Positions 49,090-57,969 of a stretch of DNA of 64,000 bases are shown in pieces. This DNA is from Planctomycetota bacterium. GTDB taxonomy: Bacteria > Planctomycetota > SZUA-567 > H5-PLA8. The notes below the pieces were generated by a model. That model had not been told where the DNA came from. It did not search any database and saw only the letters and a program-made list of their open reading frames with translations. How positions within the stretch are numbered: the stretch's first letter is position 1; every line of letters begins with the position of its first letter. The position numbers and the translations under genes are program-made. The DNA is taken from contig JBBRPR010000004.1 of NCBI GenBank assembly GCA_038227875.1, forward strand, positions 190,567 through 254,566. Direction: 5' to 3'.

Positions 49090-49161
49090 TTTCTCACGCG
49101 TGAGAAAAGTTCGAATTTCTCGCTGTTGTACGTGTGGATCCTGTGGCAAATTTGCCACAGG
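49090..49161. promoter_or_regulatory. Two perfect palindromes in a divergent promoter region
   Basis: TTTCTCACGCGTGAGAAA (49090-49107) and CCTGTGGCAAATTTGCCACAGG (49140-49161). Confidence 0.55.
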
Positions 49162-49265
49162 GTCGGTTGGGCATTCGAAACATTCCACTGTCAATCCCTT
49201 CGCCGCTCGGTAACACTATTAACCCTTTGTTGATGCAGGTTTGTCCCCGGAGCGTTACCGATCGA

Positions 49266-49910
49266 ATGGCTCAGTTCGCGCCCGTTACTTTTCTCAAGCA
49301 GACGATCAACGCGTTCCACACCACGGGCGCGATTGCGCCGAGCAGTTCGTTCGTTGCTCGGGAAATGATTCGCGCGATGCCCGATTCGGCTTCCATTCCG
49401 GAGAACTACCGGGTGCTCGAGGTTGGCCCGGGCACCGGCCCATTCAGCGCGGAAATCGCGCAGCGGATGAACGGGCGCGGGCAGTTCGACGTCTACGAAA
49501 TCAATCCGGAATTCGTCGCGCATCTGCAGGAGCGCATCGACCGCGAGGCCTGCTTCCAGCCGATGCGCGCGAAGATCAAGCTCTGCCTGGGCAACGTGAT
49601 GGAACTCGACGCGCCGGGCACCTACGACGCCATCGTCTCCGGCTTGCCGTTCAACATTTTCGCGCCGGACGACGTGCGCAAATTTTTTGAGCACTTCCGC
49701 GCGCTGGCGCGCAAGGGCGGGACGCTTTCGTTTTTCGAATACGTTGGCGTGCGGCCGCTGCAGAAGCCGTTCGTCTCCAAAGAACGCCGGCACAGGGTGA
49801 AACAGATCGCCGGCATCGTGCAGGAATTCGCGAACGCCTATCAATACGACGAAAAAATCGTGCTCCCCAATATGCCGCCGGCGCGCGTGCGCCACCTGCG
49901 TTTTGGTTGA
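49266..49910 (+). CDS. Class I SAM methyltransferase, phospholipid/ornithine-lipid N-methyltransferase-like
   Basis: TGAIAPSS, VLEVGPGTG, EIN, IVSGLP, FEY, NMPPARV. Confidence 0.85.
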   Translation: MAQFAPVTFLKQTINAFHTTGAIAPSSSFVAREMIRAMPDSASIPENYRVLEVGPGTGPFSAEIAQRMNGRGQFDVYEINPEFVAHLQERIDREACFQPMRAKIKLCLGNVMELDAPGTYDAIVSGLPFNIFAPDDVRKFFEHFRALARKGGTLSFFEYVGVRPLQKPFVSKERRHRVKQIAGIVQEFANAYQYDEKIVLPNMPPARVRHLRFG

Positions 49911-49963
49911 ATCTCCCGGCCGTTCCGGCCATCATATAGGCGTATCGCATTCGGAATTTAGTC

Positions 49964-51094
49964 ATGGCAAAAAGTGAAACCCAGATCGATTTCAAGAACG
50001 AAGGCCGCGACGTCGAGGTCAAGCTGCTGCGCGCCCTGGCGCTGGGCAGCAAGCGTTCCGTTGAAATCCAACTGCTGCTCGACAGCCAGGCCGACACCAA
50101 GGCCGACTACCAGGCGCTCTCGTTGCTGCTGGGCGATATTTCTGTCCCCGACGAACGCGCCAAGGTCACGTTCGAACGCCTGCGCGCTCACCAGAACCGC
50201 ATGAAGACCCTGCTCGCCCGCCCCGTCGGCGTGAAGACCGCCGCGATGGACTACCTCGAGAACATCGAACGCGCACTCAACTTGAAGGAAGACGAGCAGG
50301 CGCTGACGTACAGCCAGTTGGCGCAGATCGCGTTTCAAGATCATCTCACTGGTCTGGCGAATTTCCGTTACTTCATGCGCCGCTTCACCGAAGAAATCAA
50401 GCGCGCCGACCGCTACAAGCATCTGGTCACCGTCGTGATGCTGGACCTCGATCATTTCAAGCGCTTCAATGACAGCTTCGGCCATCCGGCCGGAAACCGC
50501 GCGCTGGAACACGTGGCTCAACTGCTGCGCGCGCAGGTCCGCGAAACGGACTTGGTCTCACGCTACGGCGGCGAAGAATTCGCGATCATTCTCCCTGAAA
50601 CCACGAAGACGGAAGCCTACGAGCTCTCGCAGCGCATCCGCGACGTCGTGGCTCAGAACAAGGTCGAACTGCCCGACAGCGAGCCGAAAACGCTGACCGT
50701 GAGCATCGGCCTGGCGACATACCCGCGCGACGCGCGCAACGCCGAGACGGTGCTCAGCGGCGCCGACGAAGCGCTCTATGCGTCGAAACACGCGGGCCGC
50801 AATTGCGTCAACGTGTTCACGCCGTCCACCGCCGCGCATTTTTCGTACACGCCGGAGAACGCCAACTCCACGCACACCATGGCCGTGCTGGGCGACTTCA
50901 ACGGCTGGAACAAAACCTCCGACCCGATGGAGCGCACGGCCGCCGGCGTCTTCTCGCTGCGCCTGCCGCTGGCACCCGGACGCTACGCCTACAAATTCGT
51001 GGTGAACAACGAATACTTCATCGTCGACCCCAGTTGCGGCGAATCGCAGCAGGACGGGTACGGCGGGAGGAATTCGATCGTCGTGGTGAGGTAG
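49964..51094 (+). CDS. Diguanylate cyclase with C-terminal glycogen-binding (AMPK-CBM/CBM48-like) domain
   Basis: DHLTGLAN, DLDHFK.FND.FGH..G, RETD I-site, RYGGEEF; GDFNGW...L.PG.Y.YKF.V...DP...DGYGG.NS. Confidence 0.92.
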   Translation: MAKSETQIDFKNEGRDVEVKLLRALALGSKRSVEIQLLLDSQADTKADYQALSLLLGDISVPDERAKVTFERLRAHQNRMKTLLARPVGVKTAAMDYLENIERALNLKEDEQALTYSQLAQIAFQDHLTGLANFRYFMRRFTEEIKRADRYKHLVTVVMLDLDHFKRFNDSFGHPAGNRALEHVAQLLRAQVRETDLVSRYGGEEFAIILPETTKTEAYELSQRIRDVVAQNKVELPDSEPKTLTVSIGLATYPRDARNAETVLSGADEALYASKHAGRNCVNVFTPSTAAHFSYTPENANSTHTMAVLGDFNGWNKTSDPMERTAAGVFSLRLPLAPGRYAYKFVVNNEYFIVDPSCGESQQDGYGGRNSIVVVR

Positions 51095-51103
51095 GGAACG
51101 GAT

Positions 51104-51208
51104 GCTCTTGGCTCTTAGCTCTTGGCTCTTGGGGGTCCTGTCGGTTAGGCCAGTAACTGTTGACTAACCGACAGGACTCCCAAGAGCCAAGAGCTAAGAG
51201 CTAAGAGC
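51104..51208. repeat. 45-bp inverted repeat built from CTCTT(G/A)G heptamers
   Basis: Arms 51104-51148 and 51164-51208, 2 mismatches, 15-nt loop. Confidence 0.92.
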
Positions 51209-51224
51209 CACAACAGGAGCATGC

Positions 51225-52640
51225 ATGCCATCCAAAGTCGCCGTCCTGGGTCTCGATTGCGCCGAACCGTCGCTGGTCTTTGAAAAATTCCGGCCGCGGC
51301 TGCCGGTGCTCAGCAGCATGATGAACTCCGGCATCTGGGGGCGTCTGCGTTCCTGCGATCCGCCGATCACCTGCCCGGCGTGGATGGTGATGATGACCGG
51401 TTCGTCGCCGGGCGAACTGGGCATCTACGGGTTCCGCAACCGCACCGATCACAGCTACTCCGGCCTGGGCTTCGCCACGTCGTCGTGGGTCAAGCACGAG
51501 ACGGTCTGGGATGTCCTCTCGCGCAACCAGCGCGACTGCATCACGCTCGGCGTGCCGCTGACCTTTCCGCCCAAGCCGCTGCGCGGCAATCAGATCAGCT
51601 GTTTCCTGACGCCCGGCCCCGACAGCAATTTTACCTATCCAGCGGAACTGAAAAACGAAATCACGGCAGCGTGCGGACCGTACATTCCGGACGTGAAAGA
51701 TTTCCGCACCAACGACAAAGTCGGGTTGCTCAAACGCGTGTTCGAAATGACCGACAGCCACCGCGACTACGCCAAGTGGCTGCTGAAGAACAAGCCGTGG
51801 GATTTTTTCATGATGGTCGAGATGGGCACCGACCGCATCCATCACGGTTTCTGGAAGTACTTCGACAAGGAACACCCGCGCTACGAACACCACCCGCAGT
51901 TGGAAAACTGCATGCAGGATTACTACGAGCACGTCGACAAGACGCTCGGCCAGATCCTCGAGGACATCCCCGACGACGCGTGGGTGATGGTGGTCAGCGA
52001 TCACGGCATCAAGCGCATGACCGGCGGCATCGCCTTCAACGAATGGTTGATCAAGGAAGGCTATCTCGTCCTGAAATCGCGCCCCGACAAGCTCACGCCG
52101 ATCGGCAAGTGCGACATCGATTGGGCGAAGACCAAGGCGTGGGGCGACGGCGGTTACTACGGCCGCTTGTTCCTGAACATCCGCGGCCGCGAACCGCAGG
52201 GCACGATTGCGCCTGAAGACGTCGAAGCGTTCAAAGCCGAGCTCACCGCGAAGCTCGAGAAACTCGGCGACGAAAAAGGCCAGCCAATCGGCACGCAGGT
52301 GCTCCGTCCTGAGAAGCTCTACGAAAAGGTCAACGGCATTGCGCCGGATCTGATCGTCTACTTCGGCGGCCTCTACTGGCGCAGCGTGGGCAGCGTCGGC
52401 GGCGCGAACCCGCAGATCCACACCTTCGAAAACGACAGCGGCCCCGACGACGCCAATCACGCTGAGGAAGGCATTTTCCTGCTGACGAAAAAGTCGCGCA
52501 TGAAAAGCGGCGTGCGCGGTCCCGGCGAACAGAAGGGCATGCATCTGCGCAGCGTCGCCAAGACGGTGCTGAAACTGCAGGGCGTAGAACCGGCCGCGAC
52601 AATGGGCGGCGCCGCGTTCGATTTCAGCGGGCTGCTCTAA
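51225..52640 (+). CDS. Alkaline phosphatase superfamily protein (type I phosphodiesterase/nucleotide pyrophosphatase)
   Basis: VLGLDC, PPITCPAW, GIYGF, DRIHH.FW, VVSDHG, GPDDANH. Confidence 0.9.
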   Translation: MPSKVAVLGLDCAEPSLVFEKFRPRLPVLSSMMNSGIWGRLRSCDPPITCPAWMVMMTGSSPGELGIYGFRNRTDHSYSGLGFATSSWVKHETVWDVLSRNQRDCITLGVPLTFPPKPLRGNQISCFLTPGPDSNFTYPAELKNEITAACGPYIPDVKDFRTNDKVGLLKRVFEMTDSHRDYAKWLLKNKPWDFFMMVEMGTDRIHHGFWKYFDKEHPRYEHHPQLENCMQDYYEHVDKTLGQILEDIPDDAWVMVVSDHGIKRMTGGIAFNEWLIKEGYLVLKSRPDKLTPIGKCDIDWAKTKAWGDGGYYGRLFLNIRGREPQGTIAPEDVEAFKAELTAKLEKLGDEKGQPIGTQVLRPEKLYEKVNGIAPDLIVYFGGLYWRSVGSVGGANPQIHTFENDSGPDDANHAEEGIFLLTKKSRMKSGVRGPGEQKGMHLRSVAKTVLKLQGVEPAATMGGAAFDFSGLL

Positions 52641-52644
52641 ACGT

Positions 52645-52914
52645 ATGAAGCTCAGCCCAACCGGCAATCCGGTCTTTGACTACCGCGCGGCGTACCGTCG
52701 CCGCGCGGCGGTCGCGCAAGCGGCATTGCTGTCGCTGGGCATACTGACGCCGATCAACGCCGGCGTACTGCGCATCGCCAACGTCCTCACAACGCATCAG
52801 GCGATCCTAATGGCCTGTGCCGGCGCGGGAGTGTTCGTGGCGGGATTCAGCTGGGGCATCTATTGGCGCCGCAACGTCCGACAGGATTTCCGGGAAACGT
52901 TCGGGCCGGAATAA
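52645..52914 (+). CDS. Small membrane protein
   Basis: ATG 4 nt after upstream stop; two hydrophobic helices. Confidence 0.6.
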   Translation: MKLSPTGNPVFDYRAAYRRRAAVAQAALLSLGILTPINAGVLRIANVLTTHQAILMACAGAGVFVAGFSWGIYWRRNVRQDFRETFGPE

Positions 52915-52942
52915 TATTGTCTCTTTAAATAGAATGATTGTT

Positions 52943-53674
52943 ATGGCGCGGCGCAACTGGACCGACATTACGGAAGAACAGCAAGTGCCGCGCGGTCCGA
53001 TGGCGTTCAGCTTTGTCCATTTCCTCGATGCGCTCTACCGGAAGCTTGCCCCCGATCCCTATACCGCGCAGCCGCGCGAACAGGCGGAAGGTGGGCCGTG
53101 TTGCGCGAAGAACGATGCGAAAACGGCGCGCGATTGCAAACTCTGCGGCGTGCCGACCTGCATCTACTGCCGCGGCCTGCTGAATGGAACGTGGATCTGT
53201 CCGCCGTGCCGCGACGAGATCAAAGCACGCCTCGATTTTGAGCGCTCGACTTCCGCGGACTTTCCGCGCGCGTTTGTCGGTGGACTGGCGCTCTCGGTTG
53301 TGTTCGGCATCCTCTGGGGCGCGTTAACCGTGGTCACGAAGCACGAATTCTCATTCGTCGCCATCGTCCTGGGCATCGCGGCGGGATTTGGCGTCCATGC
53401 CGCCGCGCGCGGCAAGCGCGGTCTGCCGATCCAGCTCGCCGCCATGTTCTCGGCGATGATCAGCATTGCCGTGGGTATCTTCGCCATGTCCGTCTACGTC
53501 TACAATCTCGGCGTGGGTCCGGGCAGCCAGATCTCTGTCTTCGATCCACGGACGATCCTCTACTTCGTGTCCAATCCGGCGTCATTCATCGGCATCGGAG
53601 ACATATTTTTCATGCTTCTGGCCGGCGCTATCGCCTTCATTGTGCCGCGGCCGCGCGTCATCGCGGTGCGGTAG
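52943..53674 (+). CDS. Membrane protein with N-terminal B-box-like Cys cluster
   Basis: CC...CKLC..C..C...CPPC followed by about 4 TM helices; start approximate. Confidence 0.75.
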   Translation: MARRNWTDITEEQQVPRGPMAFSFVHFLDALYRKLAPDPYTAQPREQAEGGPCCAKNDAKTARDCKLCGVPTCIYCRGLLNGTWICPPCRDEIKARLDFERSTSADFPRAFVGGLALSVVFGILWGALTVVTKHEFSFVAIVLGIAAGFGVHAAARGKRGLPIQLAAMFSAMISIAVGIFAMSVYVYNLGVGPGSQISVFDPRTILYFVSNPASFIGIGDIFFMLLAGAIAFIVPRPRVIAVR

Positions 53675-53805
53675 CCCGTCGATCGCCAAATTATTTCTGC
53701 GATTTTTTGAAATCAAACCCCTGCCCTCCGTGTCCTTCCCATGCGGACACGAATCCGCGCCATTTTCCGTGGCTCATGGTTTCACTTTAGGAGGAGTAAC
53801 TTCCA

Positions 53806-54171
53806 ATGCGGGCTATCCTTGCAGTCGCGATGGGCGTGGTGTTGAGCATGAATGTCATGGCTGGAGTGCGGCCGGTCTGCGCGGCCCACGCGCGGGAAAC
53901 CGCCAAGGATCAGGAACTCAGCGCCGATGAGCTCAAGGCGAAGTTAAAAAGCATTCTGGTCACCTTCGACTGGACGGACGCCGCGCTGGTTGACGTGCTG
54001 AAGGATTTGGAAAAGAAAACCGGAGTCAAAATCGTTGCGGGACCAAAGCTGAATGCCGCGCCGGTCGCATTTTCAGTCAAGGGGATGAGCGCCGATCAGG
54101 TGCTGAATATGATTGCCAAGCTCTGCGGCGCCACGGTTTCCTACAAAAACGGCTCGGTCACGCTCGAGTAA
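53806..54171 (+). CDS. Small secreted STN-like domain protein
   Basis: AGGAG RBS; signal peptide; VTFDW.DA.L.DVL..L...TGV.I...V.F.VKGM....VL..I. Confidence 0.75.
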   Translation: MRAILAVAMGVVLSMNVMAGVRPVCAAHARETAKDQELSADELKAKLKSILVTFDWTDAALVDVLKDLEKKTGVKIVAGPKLNAAPVAFSVKGMSADQVLNMIAKLCGATVSYKNGSVTLE

Positions 54172-54177
54172 TCATCG

Positions 54178-56343
54178 ATGCTGCGCTCTCAGCGTTTCAT
54201 CGCCACGCTCTGCGTGATCGCGCTGCTGTACTCCGCGCGTCCGGTGTGCGCTGCCGTGACCGCGGAAGACGTCGACGCGTCCATCCAGCGAGCCACCGCC
54301 GCGCTGCTGAATTCGCTGGGCAAAAGCAACGTGGGCGACGACGCACTGACGGTGCTGGCCCTGCTGCACGCCGGCGTGCCCGCCGACAATCCTCAGCTGG
54401 CTCGCCGCATCCGCGCCATCGTCGCGCAGGCGTCGTCGATCGGCGACGATTACACCGGCACGTACTGCGCCGGCATCGTCAACATGATGCTCGCCGAACT
54501 CCACGATCCTGATTACGACTACACGGTCGGCATCATCGCGCGGCAACTGCTGCGCCTTCAGCAGCGCAACGGCAGCTGGGGCGACAACAGCCGCACCCAG
54601 TTCGCGCTGCTGGGATTGAAGGCGGCGCGCGATCTGGGCGTGAAAGTTCCGACGGAAGCGTTTCATCGCGCGCAGATGTTTGTCGAAACCGGGCAGAGCG
54701 ACGCGGGCGGCTGGGGTTACTACCCTCATTCGCCGCCGGGTTACAACGCGATGACCGCCGCGGGGCTGAGCAGCCTCTACATCGTCACCGAAGACGCGCG
54801 CAAAAGCTGCCCCGTCTGCGGCGCGCTCGACAAGGACTACCGCCTCCGCGCCGGCCTGGATTTTCTCGGCACCAAGCTCAACCTCGAAAAGCCGCGGGCG
54901 TCGTACCACTATTATTATCTCTACAGTCTCGAACGCGTCGGCGTGCTGCTCGGCCAGCGCTACATTGGCGGGCAGGACTGGTACGCCAAAGGCGCGGAAT
55001 TTCTGCTCAGCCGCCAGAACGGCAGCACTTGGACGGACGAAGATCACGCCACGGAATTCGCGCTGCTCTTCCTGGCCAAGGGCCGCACACCGGCGGTGAT
55101 CAACAAGCTTAACTATGGCGACGACTGGAATCCCGATCCCTACGACGCCACCGAAGTCGCCGCCCAGGCCGGACGCGATTTGAAAACGCTGATGTCCGCG
55201 CAGGTCCTCACCACCGACGCCAAGCAGGAAGACCTGAACTCCGCGCCGATTCTCTACCTGCAGGGCCGCAAGGCCTTCGAATTCACGCCCGCGTTCCGCA
55301 CGAAGCTCAAAAGTTTCGTCGACCAGGGCGGTTTCATCGTCGCCTCCGCCTGCTGCGGCGGGTTGGAAGGCTTCGACGCCAGTTTCCGCGCAGAAATGAA
55401 AGCGCTCTTCCCCGACAGCCCGCTGGAACCGCTCGCCGACTCCCACGAAATTTTCTCGATCCACCACGCGATTGAAAAGCCGAAGTCGTTCAACCTGCTC
55501 GGCATCAACGTCAGCTGCCACGTCGCTGTCTTCTACGCACCGCACGACCTTTGCTGCGCGTGGAGCGGTTGCCAGGGCTGCCTGGATATTTTCTCGCGCA
55601 AAGGCCAGGCGCGGGAACTCGGCGTGAACCTCATCGCGTATGCGCTCACGTTTACGCAATTGAAGACGCGTCTTCCCAGCACGGTTGCCGCGAAGAAAGC
55701 GCGCGACGCCACTGAGCAGACGCCCGCCCGCGGCGCGCTGGTGATCGGCCAGATCGTTCACGATGGCGACTGGAATCCCGACCCGCGCGCGATCGCCAAC
55801 CTCGCCGTCACGCTTAAGGAGCAGACCGGGATGAAAGGCGACGTCGGCCGCCGCGCCGTGGTGCTCGGCGAAACCGACCTGAGCGACTTTCCGATCCTCT
55901 ACCTGACCGGCCACCGCAAATTTCTGCTCACACCATCCGCCGAAGCTGCGCTCCGCGCGTATCTGGACAACGGCGGTTTCCTGTTTTGCGACGCCTGCTG
56001 CGGCCGCGCCGAATTCGACGCGTCATTGCGCGCGCTCTGCGATCGCCTCTGCCCGCATGAACCGCTGAAGCGCATCGTCGCCACGCATCCCATCTTGAGC
56101 GAACCTTACGCCATCACGAGCGTGGAATACAAACCCGCCGTGGCCAGCCTCTTCCCGAATGTCCACAACGCGCCGTACTTGGAAGGCATCGCCGACAAAG
56201 AGGGCCGCCTGAAGCTCGTCTACAGCCGCTTCAATCTCGGCTGCGAACTCCAGGGCCACGCCTGCGAATCGTGCCTGGGCGTGCGCGGAAAAGACGCGTA
56301 CCGCATCGCGGTGAACACCGTGCTGTACGCGTTGGCGCACTAG
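54178..56343 (+). CDS. Prenyltransferase-like alpha/alpha barrel plus two DUF4159 domains
   Basis: DNSRTQFALLGL, Q..GGWGY, MTAAGL, YYYLY.LERVG, DWY; two G.DWNPDP...P.LYL.G...GGF...CCG...FD modules. Confidence 0.85.
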   Translation: MLRSQRFIATLCVIALLYSARPVCAAVTAEDVDASIQRATAALLNSLGKSNVGDDALTVLALLHAGVPADNPQLARRIRAIVAQASSIGDDYTGTYCAGIVNMMLAELHDPDYDYTVGIIARQLLRLQQRNGSWGDNSRTQFALLGLKAARDLGVKVPTEAFHRAQMFVETGQSDAGGWGYYPHSPPGYNAMTAAGLSSLYIVTEDARKSCPVCGALDKDYRLRAGLDFLGTKLNLEKPRASYHYYYLYSLERVGVLLGQRYIGGQDWYAKGAEFLLSRQNGSTWTDEDHATEFALLFLAKGRTPAVINKLNYGDDWNPDPYDATEVAAQAGRDLKTLMSAQVLTTDAKQEDLNSAPILYLQGRKAFEFTPAFRTKLKSFVDQGGFIVASACCGGLEGFDASFRAEMKALFPDSPLEPLADSHEIFSIHHAIEKPKSFNLLGINVSCHVAVFYAPHDLCCAWSGCQGCLDIFSRKGQARELGVNLIAYALTFTQLKTRLPSTVAAKKARDATEQTPARGALVIGQIVHDGDWNPDPRAIANLAVTLKEQTGMKGDVGRRAVVLGETDLSDFPILYLTGHRKFLLTPSAEAALRAYLDNGGFLFCDACCGRAEFDASLRALCDRLCPHEPLKRIVATHPILSEPYAITSVEYKPAVASLFPNVHNAPYLEGIADKEGRLKLVYSRFNLGCELQGHACESCLGVRGKDAYRIAVNTVLYALAH

Positions 56344-56349
56344 GAGCGG

Positions 56350-57435
56350 CTAAGAGCCGCGAGCCACTCGTTTCTTCCTCCCGGCCGTCGCCAACTGCCC
56401 GCACGCGGCCATTACATCGTCGCCGCGCGAATGGCGCAGGGTGTTGAAGACGCCCAGGTCGTGCAGCCACTGGCGGAACTCCGTGAGGCGCTCGGGGCTC
56501 GAACGATTGAAGCCGCTGCCCGGAAATGGATTGAACTCCAGCAGATTGACTTTGACCGGCAGCCCCTCGATCCATTTCGCCAACCGCTCCGCGTCGTCTT
56601 TTGAATCGTTGACGCCGTCGAGCAGCAGGTACGCGATCGTGATCGTCTCGCGCGGGCGCCACGGAATCTCCAGCAGGATCCGGCGCAACTCGGCAAGATT
56701 CCACGATTTGTTCAGCGGGACGATGCGCGATCGGACTTCGTCGGTCGTCGCGTGCAGGCTCAGCGCCAGCGACGCGACACCATTTTCCCAGAATGGGCGG
56801 ATGCGATTGCCGACGCCGGCGGTGCTCACCACGATCTGCCGCCGCGACAGCCCCAGCCCCACGCCTTCGGTCAGGATGCGGCACGCACGGACCACGTTCT
56901 CTTCGTTATGCAGCGGCTCGCCCATTCCCATGAACACGAGATTCGTCAGCCGCGGCTTTTCGCCGCGCGCCGCTTTTTCAGTGAGGTACTTCTGCGCCAC
57001 GCGGACCTGGTCGAGAATCTCCCACGCCTCGAGATTGCGCAGCAAACCCATCGTTCCCGTGTGGCAGAACGAACACGCCGCCGCGCAGCCGACCTGGCTG
57101 GAGACGCAGAGCGTCAACCGTCCGTTCGCGGGAATGATCACGGCTTCCACCGCTTCGCCGCGCGGCAGTTTGATGCGCAGCTTGATGGTGCCGTCCTGAG
57201 CGTGCAGCGCTTCGTCGATTGCAACGCTCGGCAGCGGCGGGAGCGTTTCCAGAAAGCGCCGCCCGGCCGCGGAGACCTCGCTCATCTCCGCCGGCACGAT
57301 CGTGCCGTGACGGTGCAGTGCCTGAAAGACCAGCCGCGCCTGAAACGCCGAAACGCCCGAGCGCTCAAACAGCGCGGTCAGTTCTGGCAGCAGCAGACTG
57401 CTGAGTACCGGCGATGCGTGCGGCGAGGCGTCCAT
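56350..57435 (-). CDS. rlmN: 23S rRNA/tRNA m2A radical SAM methyltransferase RlmN
   Basis: CVSSQVGCAAACSFC, MGMGEP, SLHA, AACGQL. Confidence 0.92.
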   Translation of the reverse strand: MDASPHASPVLSSLLLPELTALFERSGVSAFQARLVFQALHRHGTIVPAEMSEVSAAGRRFLETLPPLPSVAIDEALHAQDGTIKLRIKLPRGEAVEAVIIPANGRLTLCVSSQVGCAAACSFCHTGTMGLLRNLEAWEILDQVRVAQKYLTEKAARGEKPRLTNLVFMGMGEPLHNEENVVRACRILTEGVGLGLSRRQIVVSTAGVGNRIRPFWENGVASLALSLHATTDEVRSRIVPLNKSWNLAELRRILLEIPWRPRETITIAYLLLDGVNDSKDDAERLAKWIEGLPVKVNLLEFNPFPGSGFNRSSPERLTEFRQWLHDLGVFNTLRHSRGDDVMAACGQLATAGRKKRVARGS

Positions 57436-57438
57436 CAA

Positions 57439-57726
57439 TCAGTCCGCCAGCGCGTCCATCTTCGCCGCGAGCGTAAAGTCGCGCGCCGAGATCCCGCCGC
57501 AGTCGTGCGTGGTCAGATCAACCACGACCTTCGCGTAAACGTTGAACCATTCCGGATGGTGATTCATGCTCTGAGCCACCAGTGCCGCCGAGGTCATGAA
57601 CCCAAACGCTTCAATGAAGTCCGAGAACACAAAGTCGCGATGCAGCTTCCCGGATTTGATCGTCCACTTCGGCACCTTCGCGAGATGCGCTTTAATTTCC
57701 GCCGCCGTCAGTTTTTTGGCCTTCAT
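57439..57726 (-). CDS. phhB: Pterin-4-alpha-carbinolamine dehydratase
   Basis: F.DF.EAFGFM, NHHPEW.NVY..V...LTTHD.GG. Confidence 0.93.
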   Translation of the reverse strand: MKAKKLTAAEIKAHLAKVPKWTIKSGKLHRDFVFSDFIEAFGFMTSAALVAQSMNHHPEWFNVYAKVVVDLTTHDCGGISARDFTLAAKMDALAD

Positions 57727-57751
57727 AAATTTCTCCCTCGTGAGATGTGTG

Positions 57752-57916
57752 AACAGATGGGATCGGGGACCGGGCATCTACGGATTTTCCGGGGACACCC
57801 CGGAAAACCGCCGGCATCGGTCAGTGGGTGTGATCGGGCTGCGGAAGTGTGACCCATCGTATTGGGGTTGCTGGATACACCCAACGACCGATGCCAGATG
57901 CCCGATGCCATCTGTT
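57752..57916. repeat. MITE/REP-like element (family C), copy 2
   Basis: AACAGATGGGATCGGG ... ACCGATGCCAGATGCCCGATGCCATCTGTT; internal palindrome TTTTCCGGGG-ACA-CCCCGGAAAA. Confidence 0.8.
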
Positions 57917-57969
57917 AGATCGTATTTGCGAGGAGAGCACCGTACAACGCGAAACTCCGACCGCGCCAA

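Noticed and set aside
49964..52640. Phosphodiesterase-family gene as the c-di-GMP-degrading partner of the DGC
   Set aside because: It is an alkaline phosphatase superfamily protein, not EAL or HD-GYP; adjacency alone is insufficient
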